A stretch of DNA of 20,000 nt from an uncultured virus (IMG/VR IMGVR_UViG_3300048930_000871). Its lineage: Duplodnaviria; Heunggongvirae; Uroviricota; Caudoviricetes. The first letter of the stretch is position 1; every line of letters begins with the position of its first letter. Of this stretch, positions 17,540-20,000 are shown piece by piece. Position numbers and translations under genes: made by a program. The notes beneath the pieces are model-generated. The model was not told the DNA's origin. It made no database searches and worked only from the letters and a program-made list of their open reading frames with translations. The stretch is from the IMG/VR virus record IMGVR_UViG_3300048930_000871; one strand, given 5' to 3'.

Positions 17540-18478
17540 CTAGGGGGAGCCCTTTGGGCTTGCGGGCGCCACTGCCCTACCGCCAATGCGCCCAGGGGCT
17601 CTGGCGGCCCCTCCCAGCCCCGGCATTTGCACTGTTGTCAGCATGTGCTGGTAGGCTCCACCATAGAAATCGCATTTGGCGCACAGTGGAACGATAGTGC
17701 GGTCTCTGTTCTGCAGGGCCGCACGAATTTCATGCAGCCGCATGTCGTTCCATATATCCACGATGCTGCGATCAGCCACATTTCCGAATGTCTCTTCTCC
17801 ATGATAGTCATTGCAGCACAGGATCGCTTCTCCCTTCCAGTTGATGTTGAGCACACGCCAGGGGCGAACGCACGTCTTCTTCAGCGGTTCGGTCAGCGCG
17901 GCCGCAGACCATTCGATGTTTCCGCTGCGGTTGGTCTTCTTGTGTCCTCCCTCGAAATACTTCCCGTACTTGCGGTTGATTTCCACGACTCCCTTCTTCA
18001 AGTAGGCGGAGCCAGACCCTTCCTCCGCGAACATTGACGAGAGTCTCTCATAACGCTTGTCGGCTAGAGCAATTCCCCTTGCCGTGTTGTCCTTGGCAGC
18101 ATAGATGTTGATGACAATACTGTCGAGTCCGGCAGCGAAGAGATCAAGCACATCCTCCCTCCGCCGGATATAGTCACCGTTCGTGTTCGTCATGAGGTTC
18201 GCACGCGGGCAGGCTTTCCTCATCAGACGCAGAAAGTCCGGCAGGCGGGTATCCCTCATCGGTTCGTTGTAGATATAGGGAGAGATGCGGCCCGAATACT
18301 TGAGGCGGCCGAGTTCTTCCGCTATCTTCTCGACAACCCCCCACGGCATCTCGTCGTCGGGCCTGTCCGTTCCATTGTTGGGGCAGAAGAAACAGGTGCG
18401 ATTGCATTTCGCCGCGGTCTCGATGCAGATAGAATTGAAGAGCTTGATCTGGTCTTGTCCGGCGATGATCGTACGCAT
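17540..18478 (-). CDS. Radical SAM enzyme with SPASM/twitch domain
   Basis: CNRTCFFC (CxxxCxxC), NEP, TNGD, CVRPW...GEAILCC...FGNV...IWN...CAKC; AGGAGG RBS. Confidence 0.93.
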   Translation of the reverse strand: MRTIIAGQDQIKLFNSICIETAAKCNRTCFFCPNNGTDRPDDEMPWGVVEKIAEELGRLKYSGRISPYIYNEPMRDTRLPDFLRLMRKACPRANLMTNTNGDYIRRREDVLDLFAAGLDSIVINIYAAKDNTARGIALADKRYERLSSMFAEEGSGSAYLKKGVVEINRKYGKYFEGGHKKTNRSGNIEWSAAALTEPLKKTCVRPWRVLNINWKGEAILCCNDYHGEETFGNVADRSIVDIWNDMRLHEIRAALQNRDRTIVPLCAKCDFYGGAYQHMLTTVQMPGLGGAARAPGRIGGRAVAPASPKGSP

Positions 18479-18501
18479 TGGGGACCTCCTATGGATAGAC
18501 C

Positions 18502-18530
18502 AGTATAGCAGGGGGTTGCTCCTCGGACTA
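18502..18530 (-). promoter_or_regulatory. Putative extended -10 promoter of the radical SAM gene
   Basis: TGcTATACT about 25 nt upstream of the ATG; weak -35 (TAGTCC) at 17 bp. Confidence 0.55.
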
Positions 18531-18743
18531 GCGGGGTTTGTGCCTGGATATCCTGGGACAGAATTCGTGATATTCTAGGTTGAGGCGCCCGGCGTAGGGA
18601 CCGGACCGGATCTGGCCGGCCAAGTCGGGATGGGGGCAAACCAAACTTTGCGTGCTGGGGGCCGTTCGGTTTCAGCCTCTCGTCGCGTTTTTTCGTCCTC
18701 CCCGCCCCTGATCGCGTCAGTTTCGTGTCATCTTCGAGTCTGC

Positions 18744-18967
18744 GCAACCTCGGGTTGCATTCTGCGTCGGCCGGCACGTTCTGGTTGCACACGTCCTGGT
18801 TGTATTCCCCGACATGCACGCTCTGGTTGCACACACGTTCTGGTTGTGGTCTGTGTCCCAGCACACCCTCTGGTTGTGCTCTCTCGGGTTGCAGGGTCGG
18901 GGGTATCTGCAAGTTCTAGTTGCACACGTTCTGGTGGTAAATCCTGCACCCTGCACGCTCCGGTTGC
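18744..18967. repeat. Array of ten degenerate 15-bp repeats (RCACGYTCTGGTTGY), mostly in tandem pairs
   Basis: Units start at 18744, 18774, 18789, 18816, 18833, 18863, 18878, 18909, 18924 and 18953. Confidence 0.9.
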
Positions 18968-19056
18968 GCAAATGGGCCAGACTATTTCGCTTCTGTAATA
19001 GCCGGCGCTGCTAGAAAGACCCCTGCCATGGGCTTATCCCGCCGTAATCTTTACGG

Positions 19057-19073
19057 CTGGCACGAGTCTTGCT
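19057..19073 (+). promoter_or_regulatory. Sigma-54 (-24/-12) promoter consensus
   Basis: CTGGCACGAGTCTTGCT matches YTGGCACGrNNNTTGCW exactly; intergenic. Confidence 0.65.
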
Positions 19074-19232
19074 TACGCGCAGGCGGGTTGCTGCCCTGCC
19101 CTATGGGGAAGCCATGCGGCACTTGCATGGCAGCCATGCAGAAAAATGGGGTGCTAATGCGCGCAGTCCCCGGGCTACAAAATGGCCACCGGCGGCGCAG
19201 TGCTTCCGGGTTCAACCAAGGGTTTTCATACC

Positions 19233-19640
19233 ATGGCCACCATCCCCGCCACCGTTTCCTCCACCTCCACCAAGGCGCCCAAGGCTGCCACCAAGGTTGC
19301 CACCGCCAAGGCGCCCAAGGTTGCCACCGCCAAGGCGCCCAAGGTTGCCACCGCCAAGGCGCCCAAGGCTGCCGCTGGCACCGCCACGCCGCCGGCCGGG
19401 GGTTACCTGGTCCTGGTGTCCACCTGCCCGGCCCGGCCCGACAGCAACCGCGCCATGCGCTGGCCTTTGCTGGTGCAGCACGCCGGCAAGCCCAACGGGA
19501 TCGCCGCGCTGCACAAGGCGCTAAAGGCCGCCAACGAATGGGCCAGCGCCAAGGGCATGTTGGGCTGGTGCGCCGGCAAGGGCTACGTGGTGGCCGATGG
19601 CATTGCGGGCAAGGCGCCCAAGGCCGCGCCCAAGGCGTAA
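19233..19640 (+). CDS. Basic Ala/Lys/Pro-rich histone-H1-like protein
   Basis: ATG 19233 preferred (AAGGG upstream); (ATAKAPKV)n encoded by a 24-bp tandem repeat, a small globular domain, a KAPKAAPKA tail, then a terminator. Confidence 0.75.
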   Translation: MATIPATVSSTSTKAPKAATKVATAKAPKVATAKAPKVATAKAPKAAAGTATPPAGGYLVLVSTCPARPDSNRAMRWPLLVQHAGKPNGIAALHKALKAANEWASAKGMLGWCAGKGYVVADGIAGKAPKAAPKA

Positions 19641-19665
19641 CCCGCCCGCCAGAAAATCGCCTTAA

Positions 19666-19701
19666 CGGCGCCCGTGCAGCAATGCGCGGGCGCTGATTTT
19701 T
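19666..19701 (+). terminator. Intrinsic terminator
   Basis: CGGCGCCCGTGCA-GCAA-TGCGCGGGCGCTG followed by ATTTTT. Confidence 0.75.
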
Positions 19702-19862
19702 GCGTTGCGATTGTTACGCTGCCGGTATTTATGCCTTAGCATGCCAGGCGCCATTTTAAGCGTTCTGGGAGCCCTTTAGGCGCCTGCCCGCACCTGCCCT
19801 AGCACCCCTGCCACAAAAACCCGCTGTAGCCCGCTCCAGGGCGGCGCATGCGCAAGCCTAGG

Positions 19863-20000
19863 CTGGCCGGTGGCGCCGTGGTCGCCCTGGCCGGTGGCGC
19901 CGTGGTCGCCCTGGCCGGTGGCGCCGTGGTCGCCCTGGCCGGTGGCGCCGTGGTCGCCCTGGCCGGTGGCGCCGTGGTCGCCCTGGCCGGTGGCGCCGTG
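19863..20000. repeat. Perfect 24-bp tandem repeat CTGGCCGGTGGCGCCGTGGTCGCC (at least 5.75 copies, truncated)
   Basis: Directly visible; runs off the window edge. Confidence 0.97.

Noticed and set aside
18322..18912. 196-aa minus-strand ORF
   Set aside because: Crosses the repeat array, the rSAM promoter and the rSAM start; composition is not protein-like.
18744..18967. CRISPR array
   Set aside because: Repeats are 15 bp, degenerate and paired; linkers are only ~12-16 nt; no cas genes.
18717..18971. Cys-rich repeat ORF as a RiPP precursor for the SPASM enzyme
   Set aside because: The repeat drifts through all three frames (spacings mostly not multiples of 3), no RBS is evident, and the rSAM gene has its own promoter.
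19028..19696. Alternative-frame ORFs 19028-19696, 19069-19524 and 19212-19514
   Set aside because: Off-frame or antisense translations of the 24-bp repeat; the 19233-19640 frame has the codon bias and a following terminator.

Overview
A segment of a GC-rich tailed dsDNA phage (HK97-type siphovirus; the host is probably a proteobacterium). Positions 1-13594 (minus strand) are a late operon: VRR-NUC-like nuclease, HNH, TerS, TerL, protease-capsid fusion, three paralogous decoration-like genes, portal, collagen-containing protein, head-tail adaptor, head closure, tail terminator, major tail tube, frameshifted tail chaperones, gp10-like protein, and a tape measure gene running off the left edge. 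Positions 13755-17525 (plus strand) are three cassettes of small hypothetical genes, each behind a conserved promoter/leader motif. A lone radical SAM/SPASM gene follows on the minus strand. Positions 18600-20000 are a structured control region: a cos-like tract, an array of 15-bp repeats, an exact sigma-54 consensus, a histone-like gene in strongly GA/TC-depleted DNA, and a 24-bp tandem repeat. The most novel-looking signals are regulatory and compositional. All family assignments come from motif recognition and synteny, not database searches.
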